From: an uncultured Candidatus Poseidoniales archaeon
GTDB lineage: Archaea; Thermoplasmatota; Poseidoniia; Poseidoniales; Poseidoniaceae
Length of the DNA stretch: 64,000 bases
Direction: 5' to 3'
NCBI GenBank assembly: GCA_964526385.1
Contig: CAZGJD010000005.1
Location: 38,989 to 102,988, forward strand
Shown here: positions 35,683 through 44,977 of the stretch, piece after piece
How positions within the stretch are numbered: the stretch's first letter is position 1
Layout: every line of letters starts with the position of its first letter
The notes under the pieces: generated by a model
Told to the model about the DNA's origin: nothing
The model's database searches: none
What the model saw: the letters and a program-made list of their open reading frames with translations, nothing else
Translations under genes and position numbers: made by a program

Positions 35683-37676
35683 CAAACCACATCAGCAAAT
35701 AATCCGTCTTGCCATGCTGAAATTTTACCGGTAAAGGCACTTGTCGCTACTGTTAATGGGCTTGCTAAGTATAATTTGCCCGGGCCGGAACGCCCTTGGA
35801 AATTTCTGTTTATTGCAGAAACTGTAACTTGCTCAGGCGTGATAGAAACACCAGGGCCTGCTCCAATACATGCGCCGCACCCGGGGTCAATCAATTTCAC
35901 GCCGACCCTATTGAAAAGGTCGTGCCAACCTTTCTTAACAGCCAAATCCTTTACTTGGCCGCTTCCATATTGGATGTAAAAATCGACGCCGTTTTTAACC
36001 CTCAATCCAGCATCATCTGCTGCCTGACAAACCTGCGCATAATATGCAATATCGTCTTCTTTTCCAGCAGTACATGACCCGCCGTAAGCTATGTCGATAA
36101 CGACCGCACCAATATCTGAGACGTTTGCACCATTGGTCGGGTCGGAAGGAATTCCTTCGTCAGGATCTCCAGGATGAGCGACCATCGGAACAATCACGCT
36201 GAGGTCTATTGTGTGGATTCCGCCATCATATTTTGCGTTTGCATCAGGTGAAACTGACATTTTTTGCATTACTTCCCGTCCTAGGCCCTGCTCTTTTTCC
36301 ATCCAATCATACAGCAAATCGTCGGCCTCGCAGATACCAGTTCTAGCACTACACTCAGTCGCCATGTTGCACAAAGTCGCCCTCTCATCAATCGATAGTG
36401 AAGATAAGCCAGGGCCACCAAACTCCATTGAGCGGTTTAGAGTTAATTCCTTTCTGGCGTGGTCTGCAAGAATGAATAATATTACATCTTTAGCGGTGCA
36501 ACCCGGATTTAGGTTTCCAACCAATTCGAATCGAATCGATTCAGGGACTTTTGCAAATGTAAATCCTGAGTATACTAAACTTGCATATTCAGTCGCACCC
36601 ACTCCATATGTCAGAGCGTTTGTTGCCCCTCCCATGCATGTATGTGAATCAGTGGCTTGGATGAAATCTCCAACCTCTATGAACTCCTCTCTTGCGACTT
36701 GGTGACAGATTCCAGGTGAAATACCATCTTTAGCGGAATAGTCTCTAACTCCGGTGTGTTTCTGGAATTCTACCTGCAAATCTCTCAGAGTCTGGACTTT
36801 ATTCATGTGCGGAACGAACTTTGGATTATGCTCTGCATACAGCAAATGGTCTTCGAAGACCGCGAACTTATCTGGATTGGGTAATTTGTAATCTTCACCG
36901 TATTCCTCGGTTAAAAATGTGTGAACTTGAGCAGTGGTAAATTCATGGCTGTAGCCACCTTGAACCTGAGCTATAACCGGGTCATTTGGCTTTACACACT
37001 GCCCTTCTTCTTGACCTACTAAGTTTCTAGCAATTATTTTTTCAGCCATTGTCATAGGCCTATCGTCTGTATTGAGTGGAGGCAGTGAAATTTCCCCGTT
37101 ACTTAATTTCGAAGCGAAGGCAAACAATCCTCCGTTTTCGATTACTGTCTGAGTTACAGGGTCGTAACGCTCAGTGAATTCTGAAAGCGAAATGTCTTCA
37201 CCGTTTTGCAATCTTTTCAGGATATCGTAACCACCCATCAATTGGCCCAAGTTTAGGTTATTTCTTTCATGAATCGGCGCGAAAGATGAAGCTATTACAA
37301 TTCTGATTCCAGCCCACCTTTCACATTGAGCGGCTGTTTCCCTTGACGACCCAGTCCCCTTTCTTTGGCCTGAAACAATTACTTCAAAATTACCGTCGAT
37401 TAACGCGTTCTCTCTGAAAACTCTCATTCCTTCGTGCATCAGTCCAGCATACGCGTTTTTTGCAATTTCAGAAGGCTCATGGTCAAAGCATACCCAAGCA
37501 GGTGTCATCATGTCGGTATTGATGTCATCAAGCAAATCACTAGGATCTATATCCTCCATTTTTAGGTTCAATCCCTCATACAACTGTTTCTTGATTAGGG
37601 ACAAATCCTTTGTCAAGAATAGGACTCTCTTATCGGGATTTAGTCGAATCGATTCTGGCGGCCAAACTGCGCTCAT
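35682..37676 (-). CDS. Aconitase-family (Fe-S) hydro-lyase with the swivel domain at the N-terminus (AcnB-like domain order 4-1-2-3)
   Basis: The N-terminal swivel/LeuD-like motifs are DINTDMMTPAW and GTGSSRETAAQCERWAGIRIVIASSFAPIHERNNLNLGQL. Large-domain motifs follow: ATDSHTCMGG, the cluster-ligand cysteines YGGSCTAGK and DPGCGACIG, and INRNFQGRSG. Confidence 0.75.
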   Translation of the reverse strand: MSAVWPPESIRLNPDKRVLFLTKDLSLIKKQLYEGLNLKMEDIDPSDLLDDINTDMMTPAWVCFDHEPSEIAKNAYAGLMHEGMRVFRENALIDGNFEVIVSGQRKGTGSSRETAAQCERWAGIRIVIASSFAPIHERNNLNLGQLMGGYDILKRLQNGEDISLSEFTERYDPVTQTVIENGGLFAFASKLSNGEISLPPLNTDDRPMTMAEKIIARNLVGQEEGQCVKPNDPVIAQVQGGYSHEFTTAQVHTFLTEEYGEDYKLPNPDKFAVFEDHLLYAEHNPKFVPHMNKVQTLRDLQVEFQKHTGVRDYSAKDGISPGICHQVAREEFIEVGDFIQATDSHTCMGGATNALTYGVGATEYASLVYSGFTFAKVPESIRFELVGNLNPGCTAKDVILFILADHARKELTLNRSMEFGGPGLSSLSIDERATLCNMATECSARTGICEADDLLYDWMEKEQGLGREVMQKMSVSPDANAKYDGGIHTIDLSVIVPMVAHPGDPDEGIPSDPTNGANVSDIGAVVIDIAYGGSCTAGKEDDIAYYAQVCQAADDAGLRVKNGVDFYIQYGSGQVKDLAVKKGWHDLFNRVGVKLIDPGCGACIGAGPGVSITPEQVTVSAINRNFQGRSGPGKLYLASPLTVATSAFTGKISAWQDGLFADVV

Positions 37677-37878
37677 ATCCCTGCCTCGTGCCTTTCACGA
37701 AGGAGCACCGTATAACGGGTTCGGAAATCGTTTGTTTACACATTTTACTAGATTTATTTGTATTAGGAAAATTTGCTGTTTTGAAAGAATACTTTTAACA
37801 CATTTTTGATAAAATCGTAAAAACAAGTGACTACGGACATGTTGGCATAGAAAATATATTAATGGTGTCTAAAAAAGA

Positions 37879-37887
37879 TTTATATAT
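37879..37887 (+). promoter_or_regulatory. Putative BRE/TATA element upstream of tfb
   Basis: An A-rich BRE-like stretch (aaaaaaga) is followed by TTTATATAT in a 270-nt AT-rich divergent intergenic region. A GGGGGAG Shine-Dalgarno-like motif lies 7 nt before the ATG at 37948. Confidence 0.4.
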
Positions 37888-37947
37888 GCCCCGTTGGAGG
37901 GTTTCATACTTAATCAGTTACTTAGTGTAACTTGAGGGGGAGTTTAA

Positions 37948-38874
37948 ATGGATAACCAACAAGTGGAAGATATCGTAAAATGTAGCGATTGTGGGAGTAG
38001 GTCACTAACTCGTGACGAAACCCGTGGAGAAGTAGTCTGTGATGACTGTGGATTAGTATTAGAAGACAATGTAATCGACCAGGGTGCAGAATGGCGTGTG
38101 TTCTCTCCAGAACAAGGCGACCAAAGGGCAAGAACCGGTGCGCCAATGACTGTTATGTTACACGACAAAGGATTGTCGACAGATATCGATTGGCAGAACA
38201 AAGACTACTCTGGCAAAACAATCAACTCGAGATACAGATCACAATTCTATCGAATGAGAAAGTGGCAGAAGAGGTCTAGAGTCTCAAACGCGACAGAAAG
38301 AAACCTAGCAATGGCGTTGGCTGAACTCGACAGAATGGCGAGTAGGCTCGAACTGCCAAAATCAGTTAGAGAAGCAGCGGCTGTAAACTACAAAAAAGCT
38401 GTAGAAAAGAGACTCATTAGAGGTCGCTCAATCGAAGGAGTGGCTGCTGCGTCCCTATACGCTGCTTGCAGGCAATGTAACGTTCCTCGGACCCTTGATG
38501 AAATCGGTCAAGCAAGTAGAACCGGAAGAAAAGAAATCGGTAGAACCTACAGATTCATGGTTAGAGAATTGAAGATGAAGATTATGCCAACAGGCCCAGA
38601 AGATTATATCTCGAGATTCTGTTCTGGACTAGGGCTTGACGCTGAAGTCGAATCAAAGGCGCATGAATTAATCAAAGCCGCGCAAGAAAAAGAATTGACA
38701 AGCGGGAGAGGCCCAACAGGTATCGCAGCGTCAATCATATACATTGCAAGTGTGCTATGCGGAAAGAGAAGAACCCAGAGAGAAGTAGCAGAAGTGGCGG
38801 GAGTCACCGAAGTTACTATCAGAAATCGATACAAAGAACTGATTCAGAATCTGAACATCGAACTTGACATTTGA
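37948..38874 (+). CDS. tfb: Transcription initiation factor IIB (TFB)
   Basis: The N-terminal zinc ribbon is CSDCGS....[11 protein letters not shown], followed by a B-reader/linker and two cyclin-fold repeats. The family is typically about 300 aa. Confidence 0.9.
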   Translation: MDNQQVEDIVKCSDCGSRSLTRDETRGEVVCDDCGLVLEDNVIDQGAEWRVFSPEQGDQRARTGAPMTVMLHDKGLSTDIDWQNKDYSGKTINSRYRSQFYRMRKWQKRSRVSNATERNLAMALAELDRMASRLELPKSVREAAAVNYKKAVEKRLIRGRSIEGVAAASLYAACRQCNVPRTLDEIGQASRTGRKEIGRTYRFMVRELKMKIMPTGPEDYISRFCSGLGLDAEVESKAHELIKAAQEKELTSGRGPTGIAASIIYIASVLCGKRRTQREVAEVAGVTEVTIRNRYKELIQNLNIELDI

Positions 38875-38907
38875 GTTTGCAAATATTTCTCCTGAGAGGG
38901 GGCTCAA

Positions 38908-40374
38908 ATGAAAAGTCGAAGTAGGGTATCAGAAAGCGTTCTAGAGTCTTTGGCCGATAGGCTAGTTTCCGCTTTAGAAAATGGTGTTAAGTCATGGCCT
39001 TTGCCAGAACCGCCCTTGTTTGACCCAGATTTCCCACCAATTCATCCTAAAGAAAAGGGGGATTTGGCTGAAAAAGGACTTGCTTTATTGCATGCTGATA
39101 GAGGAATGTTTGACAGACATCTTGCGATAGTTGTCGACCTTATTGTACCACATAGAATGAATTTGTCGGATGACCCGTTTGAGATCCATGAAAAGTTCTT
39201 ACTAAAGCGAATAGACGCACTGAATGAAAGGTTACTATTTGCGATGGCAACAGAATGGTTCGCCCAAGCACTTGATAGAACCTCTCCAGATGCAGATAGA
39301 TGGTGGTTAGCAATTTGTTTACTCAATGGGTTGTGCGACGCCGCTCATGGACAGCCTGTTCATCAGGGGTATCACCTTGTTGAGTCAATCGCCCTTGCAG
39401 AGAGGCCAGGTACTTGGCATACTCAGCCCGAAGTAACCTCATCGAGCCTGGATTGGAATCCCCACGCAGTTGTGCCAAGAAATACAGCAGTTGTAGCCCA
39501 TGAAGCTGGTGCTAACGCAGCAAAATGGATGCTTGAGCAATTGGAGAACGGGAACGAAGAAAAAAGAAAATTATTGATTGAGTGGTGCAAATTACTCATA
39601 GAAAGGAAGGAGTTAATCGAACCCCTCGGTATTTCTAAGATTCTAATTCGACGAAGTTCCGATCCATCTGAAGAAGTATCGATTAGAGTCGTATCCTGCC
39701 TTGCCAAGTTCATTGAAGGAGACATAGATTCTGCAAAAGAATGCATAAGAATTCTCAACAATAGGGAAGACCTACTTACAAGGAGAGCAATGGCAGATGT
39801 TCTGACTAGGATGTTCAGAAGAATTACATTCGATGCAATTCCTTTGATGGATAAAATGCTCGAAGACGATGACGAAAGCGTATTAGCCGCTGCAAGCGCA
39901 ACGGTTGGTGATTTACGATTTTTAGATAAGGAAATGTGGGCTGACAAAATACTTGAATTGTGCAGTCATAAATCGGGAGTTGTGAGAAGAAATATCGTTC
40001 ACACAATTAGGGATTATCTCGAAGAATTCAAGGACGACGATAGAGAAATCATCCCTAAATTATGGAAAGATGGCGATGAAGTAGTGTTGACTAGGTTGAA
40101 GGAATTGCTAATTCGCATGGATCAAGTCGATGCAAAACGATTCTCGATCACGCTTAAGTCGATTAAGACATTTGACCTTGAACCACTCTGGGGCCCTATG
40201 AGAATAAAGGACGAATCAAGAGTTGAACAGTGGATTAAGTGGCTAGATGGCGCTACTGAAATGCCAGAAACTCCAGAAATAATTGAACGGCATGTCTCAG
40301 ATATGACAGAGGGTGAGTTACCACAGCTTGATGATGCACTGGACATTTTAGATGATATGGGATTCTTAGATTGA
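38908..40374 (+). CDS. Hypothetical HEAT/ARM-like repeat protein
   Basis: An all-helical protein with repeated segments of about 35-40 aa (VSIRVVSCLAKFI, RRAMADVLTRMF, AAASATVGDL, VVRRNIVHTIRDYL). It lies 33 nt downstream of tfb on the same strand. Confidence 0.45.
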   Translation: MKSRSRVSESVLESLADRLVSALENGVKSWPLPEPPLFDPDFPPIHPKEKGDLAEKGLALLHADRGMFDRHLAIVVDLIVPHRMNLSDDPFEIHEKFLLKRIDALNERLLFAMATEWFAQALDRTSPDADRWWLAICLLNGLCDAAHGQPVHQGYHLVESIALAERPGTWHTQPEVTSSSLDWNPHAVVPRNTAVVAHEAGANAAKWMLEQLENGNEEKRKLLIEWCKLLIERKELIEPLGISKILIRRSSDPSEEVSIRVVSCLAKFIEGDIDSAKECIRILNNREDLLTRRAMADVLTRMFRRITFDAIPLMDKMLEDDDESVLAAASATVGDLRFLDKEMWADKILELCSHKSGVVRRNIVHTIRDYLEEFKDDDREIIPKLWKDGDEVVLTRLKELLIRMDQVDAKRFSITLKSIKTFDLEPLWGPMRIKDESRVEQWIKWLDGATEMPETPEIIERHVSDMTEGELPQLDDALDILDDMGFLD

Positions 40375-40375
40375 A

Positions 40376-40792
40376 TCACTCAGATTCATCGTTCTTTTCA
40401 GCTAGTGGGCCCACGACTGAAAGCCAAACATAAACCCCATTTGTTAGAACAAGGGTTCCGACTAGCGTAAGTATTAATCCCGATGGTTCTGGGAAAAAAT
40501 CAATTCTGCCAAATGAAAACCCTAGAGCCAAAAATACAATGCCTGCGATAATAACCTGAATCGAAGATTTGTCAGGATTGCTCCAGAGGTCAATTGTTGG
40601 AATCAATCCTTTTCTGTTGAATGTAAACCTAAACCAAGCGAGGTAAATGCATACAATTCCTATTAATCCAATGGAACCAGAAGTAAAAGTTTCATCATTC
40701 CACGGTCCTTCAGGAGAAAGGTCGGTGAACGTAATTGCAACCATCGCAATTCCAACAATAGCGAATGGCTTCCATTCTGTTTTTCCTCCCAT
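40376..40792 (-). CDS. Small hypothetical membrane protein (4 TM helices)
   Basis: Start taken at the Met at 40792 (MGGKTEWKPFAIVGIAMVAI). The longer track ORF would overlap the divergent nucleotidyltransferase gene. Confidence 0.45.
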   Translation of the reverse strand: MGGKTEWKPFAIVGIAMVAITFTDLSPEGPWNDETFTSGSIGLIGIVCIYLAWFRFTFNRKGLIPTIDLWSNPDKSSIQVIIAGIVFLALGFSFGRIDFFPEPSGLILTLVGTLVLTNGVYVWLSVVGPLAEKNDESE

Positions 40793-40844
40793 GCCACTCC
40801 TACGAGGGGCGACCCTTGAAAGCGATGGCGTTCTCGAAGGTATA

Positions 40845-41693
40845 ATGGCGGGGATTGAAGATGCAATAATCGTCGCTGGGGGATTAGGTTCGAGAATGCT
40901 ACCAGCAAGCGGAATGGTTGCAAAAGAGAGTTTACCTCTCGTGGACATTCCGGCAATCACACATTTGGCGCGTGAAGCAGTTCATGCAGGAGTCAAAAAA
41001 ATACACATTATCACCTCGCCGAAAAAAGACTTTTCAAAAGTAATTGGAGACAATTCTTGGATATCGGAGAAAAGAGGAGACTTAGATCGAAATCTGATTT
41101 CCCCCTTCCATGATGTAGAGGTTGAAATGCATGTACAGAACGTGCCTAGAGGTTTGGGAGATGCGATAAACTGCGCATTGTCTTCAATCAAAGGCCCTTT
41201 TCTAGTACTCTTAGGAGATAATATTTTGTTGGATAATTATTCAACTCCTGATGATTATATTCCGTCAAACGCATCAAAACTTTTGGTGGATAAATACACT
41301 GAAACAAATCTTCCTTGCGTAGGTCTGATTCCTGTAAATGACCCTGAGAATTATGGCGTTGTAGCAATGAATGCTGAAAAAATAATCTCAATTGTAGAGA
41401 AACCAGAAAGAGAAAATTCCCCATCTAATTTAGTATTGTGTGGCAGATATTTGTTCACAGCTGATACTGCAGATTTACTTTCAAAATATAATTTCGAAAA
41501 ACATGGAGAACTGCAATCCATTGCAATACAGAAACACTGGATGGAAAACAATGGATTAATTGGAGTTGAATATCAAAATTTTAGATGGTATGATTCTGGC
41601 AATCCTACGTCTTGGTTGAAGGGTCAAATCGAATATGCACTAAATAGGAAAGACCTTTCCAAAGACATCAAAAAATGGCTAGATTATCTTTGA
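40845..41693 (+). CDS. galU: UTP--glucose-1-phosphate uridylyltransferase-like sugar nucleotidyltransferase
   Basis: Starting at the ATG at 40845 gives AIIVAGGLGSRMLPASGMVAKESLPLVDIP, which matches the GalU-type G-loop (GLGTRFLPATK..PKEMLPIVDKP). At 282 aa the length fits. Confidence 0.65.
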   Translation: MAGIEDAIIVAGGLGSRMLPASGMVAKESLPLVDIPAITHLAREAVHAGVKKIHIITSPKKDFSKVIGDNSWISEKRGDLDRNLISPFHDVEVEMHVQNVPRGLGDAINCALSSIKGPFLVLLGDNILLDNYSTPDDYIPSNASKLLVDKYTETNLPCVGLIPVNDPENYGVVAMNAEKIISIVEKPERENSPSNLVLCGRYLFTADTADLLSKYNFEKHGELQSIAIQKHWMENNGLIGVEYQNFRWYDSGNPTSWLKGQIEYALNRKDLSKDIKKWLDYL

Positions 41694-42208
41694 CCCGGCT
41701 TCCAAAATGAAAGAGATTCAGGAACCTCTCCCAACGCGGCTCTAATTGCCAAATGGTCAGCACGCTCGTTCCATCTGTGGCCACTGTGAGCTTTGACATG
41801 CTCCCAAGAAAGATTTCTCAATTCAGAGACCTCCTTCCATAAATTTTGTACCTTTTTGACAAGTACTTTGTTTGCCTTTGCCTTCCATTTTCCCGTAGCC
41901 TGATTTCCTGCATATTGAGAATCGGTCTTGATGATGATGTCTTCTTCACCTCCTTGAGTCAAACACCATCTAAGAGCTTCTGCAAATGCGGTTAATTCAG
42001 CCGTGTTATTGGAACCAACTTCTGCTCCGATGAATTTCTCATCGTTGCTGTCGGTGATTACTTTTCCATGGTATTCATGAAAAATTTCTCCATTGCCCCG
42101 ACCTAAGTCATTCGAATCTACCACGATTACTACACCCCAGCCTGCGGGAGTATTGTGGTCAACATTTTGATTGCCAATGCAAGAACCGTCTACATAGATG
42201 TAAAACAT
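41684..42208 (-). CDS. rnhA: Ribonuclease HI
   Basis: YVDGSC (Asp1), NNTAELTAFAEALRW (Glu), IKTDSQY (Asp) and WEHVKAHSGHRWNERADHLA (the His and Asp region) are all present. Confidence 0.85.
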   Translation of the reverse strand: MFYIYVDGSCIGNQNVDHNTPAGWGVVIVVDSNDLGRGNGEIFHEYHGKVITDSNDEKFIGAEVGSNNTAELTAFAEALRWCLTQGGEEDIIIKTDSQYAGNQATGKWKAKANKVLVKKVQNLWKEVSELRNLSWEHVKAHSGHRWNERADHLAIRAALGEVPESLSFWKPGQR

Positions 42209-42213
42209 CTATT

Positions 42214-42597
42214 TCACTCGCCAATCTCAGCTTTGTAGTCTGCAGGAGACATCAAACTAGAGACTGCGGAGGCATCATCCAACCTCATTTTTACAATCCA
42301 ACCCTCGCCATATGGGTCTTCATTCATCAATTCTGGAGTATCATCTAATGCATCATTTACTGCAGTAATTTCCCCGCCCAGCGGTGCGAAAATCGGAGAT
42401 GCAGATTTTACCGATTCAACAATAGCAAACTCCCCCATGTCGTCACAGGTTTCTCCGACCTCAGGTAATTCGATGTAAACGATATCCGTTAATGCGTTTT
42501 GAGCGTGGTCTGTTATGCCAATGATAACTTCTTCACCTTCAACTTTCAACCATTCGTGTTCTTTCGTGTAATATAATCCATCTGGGACGTCACTCAT
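42214..42597 (-). CDS. gcvH: Glycine cleavage system protein H (lipoyl carrier)
   Basis: YTKEHEWL is present, and ESVKSASPIFAPLGGEI is the lipoyl-lysine motif. Length is 127 aa. Confidence 0.9.
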   Translation of the reverse strand: MSDVPDGLYYTKEHEWLKVEGEEVIIGITDHAQNALTDIVYIELPEVGETCDDMGEFAIVESVKSASPIFAPLGGEITAVNDALDDTPELMNEDPYGEGWIVKMRLDDASAVSSLMSPADYKAEIGE

Positions 42598-42644
42598 GTC
42601 TCTCCCTCAAATCTTGGGAGATAGTCAAGGCAATCAAACCTTTC

Positions 42645-43427
42645 TCACAGAGGATTGGAACAGTTTGGACAAATACTCCATTCTAATTCACACTGGTTCC
42701 CACAATTAGTACAGGACTTTTTACCACCTTCAGCAATCATCACAGAGTCGTTTAGTACCGTATTGCCAACCTGTCCGATTTGAACCATCGGTTGATTTTT
42801 TTCCATGTGTTCTTGGCGAATTCTTCCCGCCTCAGCATATAGGCCTGCTTTTTCATACGCCCTAGCAGCCTCGTCCCAGTTTCTCGCCATCTCCAAATTC
42901 TTAGCCTTAGCCACCCAGTCAACAGAATTCTGCTCTTCTTTTACAGGAGGCCTCGATATTGCCTGCTGTTGAGGCTGTTGTATCTGGGGTTGAGTTTGTT
43001 GAACAGGGATTTGGTTCTGGATTGTAATTTGTTGTGGGACAACCATCGGTTGAGGATTTTGAATTATCATTACTCTTTGAGATGGTTTTACTGTAAGGGC
43101 GCTAACTCCAAAAATTATTGAAAGGCAACAACTCAATCCAGCACATACTGAAAATAATTCGTAATCTGCATCAGGTTCATCAGATCCATCCATACAGTCT
43201 TCGATTCCATCGTTTTCTACAAATGAACTGTACACTCGTTCACCATTCTCACAGAGGTAATATGTCCCGGAACTATCGCTTTCGTAATCACCTGTAGCGC
43301 CGGGGGAGCTTATAGAAATAGACATTAAGATAAGATAGCCGACAAATCCGATTATTGCAAATGTCCAATATTTTTTCTTTTTTTGTTTGGATGGATCAGG
43401 AATGTTTTGCTGATAAAACTGCATCAT
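42645..43427 (-). CDS. Membrane protein with an LDL-receptor class A-like module, a Q/P-rich linker and a C-terminal zinc ribbon
   Basis: The start ATG at 43427 overlaps the upstream stop (ATGA) and has GGAGGA 3 nt upstream. CENGERV....NDGIEDCMDGSDEPD resembles the LDLa signature (DGxxDCxDGSDE). The C-terminal ribbon is CTNCGNQCELEWSICPNC. Confidence 0.55.
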   Translation of the reverse strand: MMQFYQQNIPDPSKQKKKKYWTFAIIGFVGYLILMSISISSPGATGDYESDSSGTYYLCENGERVYSSFVENDGIEDCMDGSDEPDADYELFSVCAGLSCCLSIIFGVSALTVKPSQRVMIIQNPQPMVVPQQITIQNQIPVQQTQPQIQQPQQQAISRPPVKEEQNSVDWVAKAKNLEMARNWDEAARAYEKAGLYAEAGRIRQEHMEKNQPMVQIGQVGNTVLNDSVMIAEGGKKSCTNCGNQCELEWSICPNCSNPL

Positions 43428-43759
43428 TCTTCCTCCAGTTCTTTCGCAAGCATAGAGTGTTCCAATTTCGCCCACGCATCACCTAATTCTTCATCCTTTC
43501 TTGATTGAGTTAATTCATTCTCCACTTCCTCTGATAGTTGTGAATTATCCTGATTTGGGAAAAGAGATGAGAGAACCCCATTCTCTTGCTTGACCAAAAA
43601 AGAGCCGAAAATAAGAAATAATCCGAAGAAAGGAACTAGTAAATCAAAACCTACAGAATTAAGATTCGAAACACCTGAGATGAAACCAAATCCCGTTGCT
43701 AGTAACAATCCTAACCCCGTGCCTAACATTAAGCGTTGAGCGCTTGCGGCGGGGTTCAT
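43424..43759 (-). CDS. Small hypothetical membrane protein
   Basis: Two to three TM helices are followed by an acidic tail. The gene is translationally coupled to the downstream gene. Confidence 0.45.
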   Translation of the reverse strand: MNPAASAQRLMLGTGLGLLLATGFGFISGVSNLNSVGFDLLVPFFGLFLIFGSFLVKQENGVLSSLFPNQDNSQLSEEVENELTQSRKDEELGDAWAKLEHSMLAKELEEE

Positions 43760-43798
43760 ACACCGGCCAACAAGTAATAGACGAATAAACCACCGATG

Positions 43799-44383
43799 TC
43801 AGTAAGTTTCTCTCATTAGTTTGTGAACCTTGTACGGAAGGAGGGCACGGTTAACCGGGGTCACTTCCAAAATTCTTGCATCATCTCGTCTTCTGATGTC
43901 TTGCAACAAAGGATGACGACTCTTTTTGTGGAGAGCTAAAAGAGTAGGCTTATCCATTTCTAGGGCTGATCTAACTACTTTGACAAATTCTTCAGATTCA
44001 ACAGCAAATTTACCAATTTCGTCTATGACTATGACTTCTGAATAATCTCTTGCATGTTCAATTGCTGGAATTGCTACACTCTCTAATGCTTCAGTATCAA
44101 TTCCATACCCGAGCACTCGCATTCTACTATCGATTTCCTTGTGAGCCATTATGGCTTCTTCTCCGGTTTTAATGTTGATAACTTTGTAACCCACTCTTTC
44201 AGAATTTTCTGAAATAGGTTCTGTCCTCATGCCACCAATAATGTCAGTAGCATGGCCATCGCCCCCTCTTGCATTAATTTCTCTAATGCGTTCTTCCGTT
44301 AACATTTCGAGTACTTTTACAAGTACGGCAGACTTTCCAGACCTTGGTAAGCCAGTAATTCCAATTTTTGGATGTATTCCCAT
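43799..44383 (-). CDS. Nucleoside-triphosphatase, THEP1 (NTPase_1) family
   Basis: The P-loop is ITGLPRSGKS and the Walker B-like motif is VIVIDEIGKFAVES. The size is typical of the family, about 190 aa. Confidence 0.65.
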   Translation of the reverse strand: MGIHPKIGITGLPRSGKSAVLVKVLEMLTEERIREINARGGDGHATDIIGGMRTEPISENSERVGYKVINIKTGEEAIMAHKEIDSRMRVLGYGIDTEALESVAIPAIEHARDYSEVIVIDEIGKFAVESEEFVKVVRSALEMDKPTLLALHKKSRHPLLQDIRRRDDARILEVTPVNRALLPYKVHKLMRETY

Positions 44384-44517
44384 CTATTTCTCACCGTGCG
44401 CGAAAATAATCGATTCGCTGTTTCACTCGAGGTAGGTATCGATAATAAAATGTAGGGGTGAAATCCTATTTTTTCTTGATTCCGGAAATCAAAATCGGAA
44501 ATCCAGTACCAAAGAAA

Positions 44518-44916
44518 TTAATTTTTGATAATATCATCATCACCGAGCATCGGTGTTGAAATTATTCTTCGACCCTTGGCGCTTAATTTCCAGCTTTCAT
44601 CTACCCAATCGAGTAATTTTGATAGGTTGCTTTTGTTTATTCTCGCAATTTCAGCTATTTTTTTGAGCGATGCAAGCTCATTTTTATCGTAATCGCCGTC
44701 AACTGATGCTAATAAGGCCGAATCTCGGAGCGCAATTTTGATTGCAATTTCATCCATTCCGTCTGTGATTGATTCAAGTGTTGGCGGGTCAGATAGTAAT
44801 TGTCTGACCTCTTCTCTACTTTCGGGATGAAGCATCATAGAGCCCATAGCCGCCTCAATTGCAGAAATCTCCTCCCTAACCAACTCCCCGTCAGCAGCCG
44901 CTACCAAGATTAGCAC
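44518..44916 (-). CDS. TerB-like domain protein (paralogue 2; true 5' end uncertain, homology extends to about 44976)
   Basis: VAAADGELVREEISAIE and ASVDGDYDKNELASLKKIAE are the paired ADG/E-rich helices of TerB-like domains. The only canonical start is the GTG at 44916, which lies inside the domain. Confidence 0.5.
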   Translation of the reverse strand: MLILVAAADGELVREEISAIEAAMGSMMLHPESREEVRQLLSDPPTLESITDGMDEIAIKIALRDSALLASVDGDYDKNELASLKKIAEIARINKSNLSKLLDWVDESWKLSAKGRRIISTPMLGDDDIIKN

Positions 44917-44977
44917 ACAGGCAATTTTCCTTCGTTGCTCTTCTGGTAGAGAGAGCGCAGAGTCTGGAAGCAGAATA

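Noticed and set aside
40647-40960. Mutually overlapping 5' extensions of ORF 40647..41693 (+) and ORF 40376..40960 (-).
   Set aside because: The GalU-like homology starts at the Met at 40845, and the membrane protein has a Met at 40792. These starts leave a clean 52-nt divergent intergenic region.
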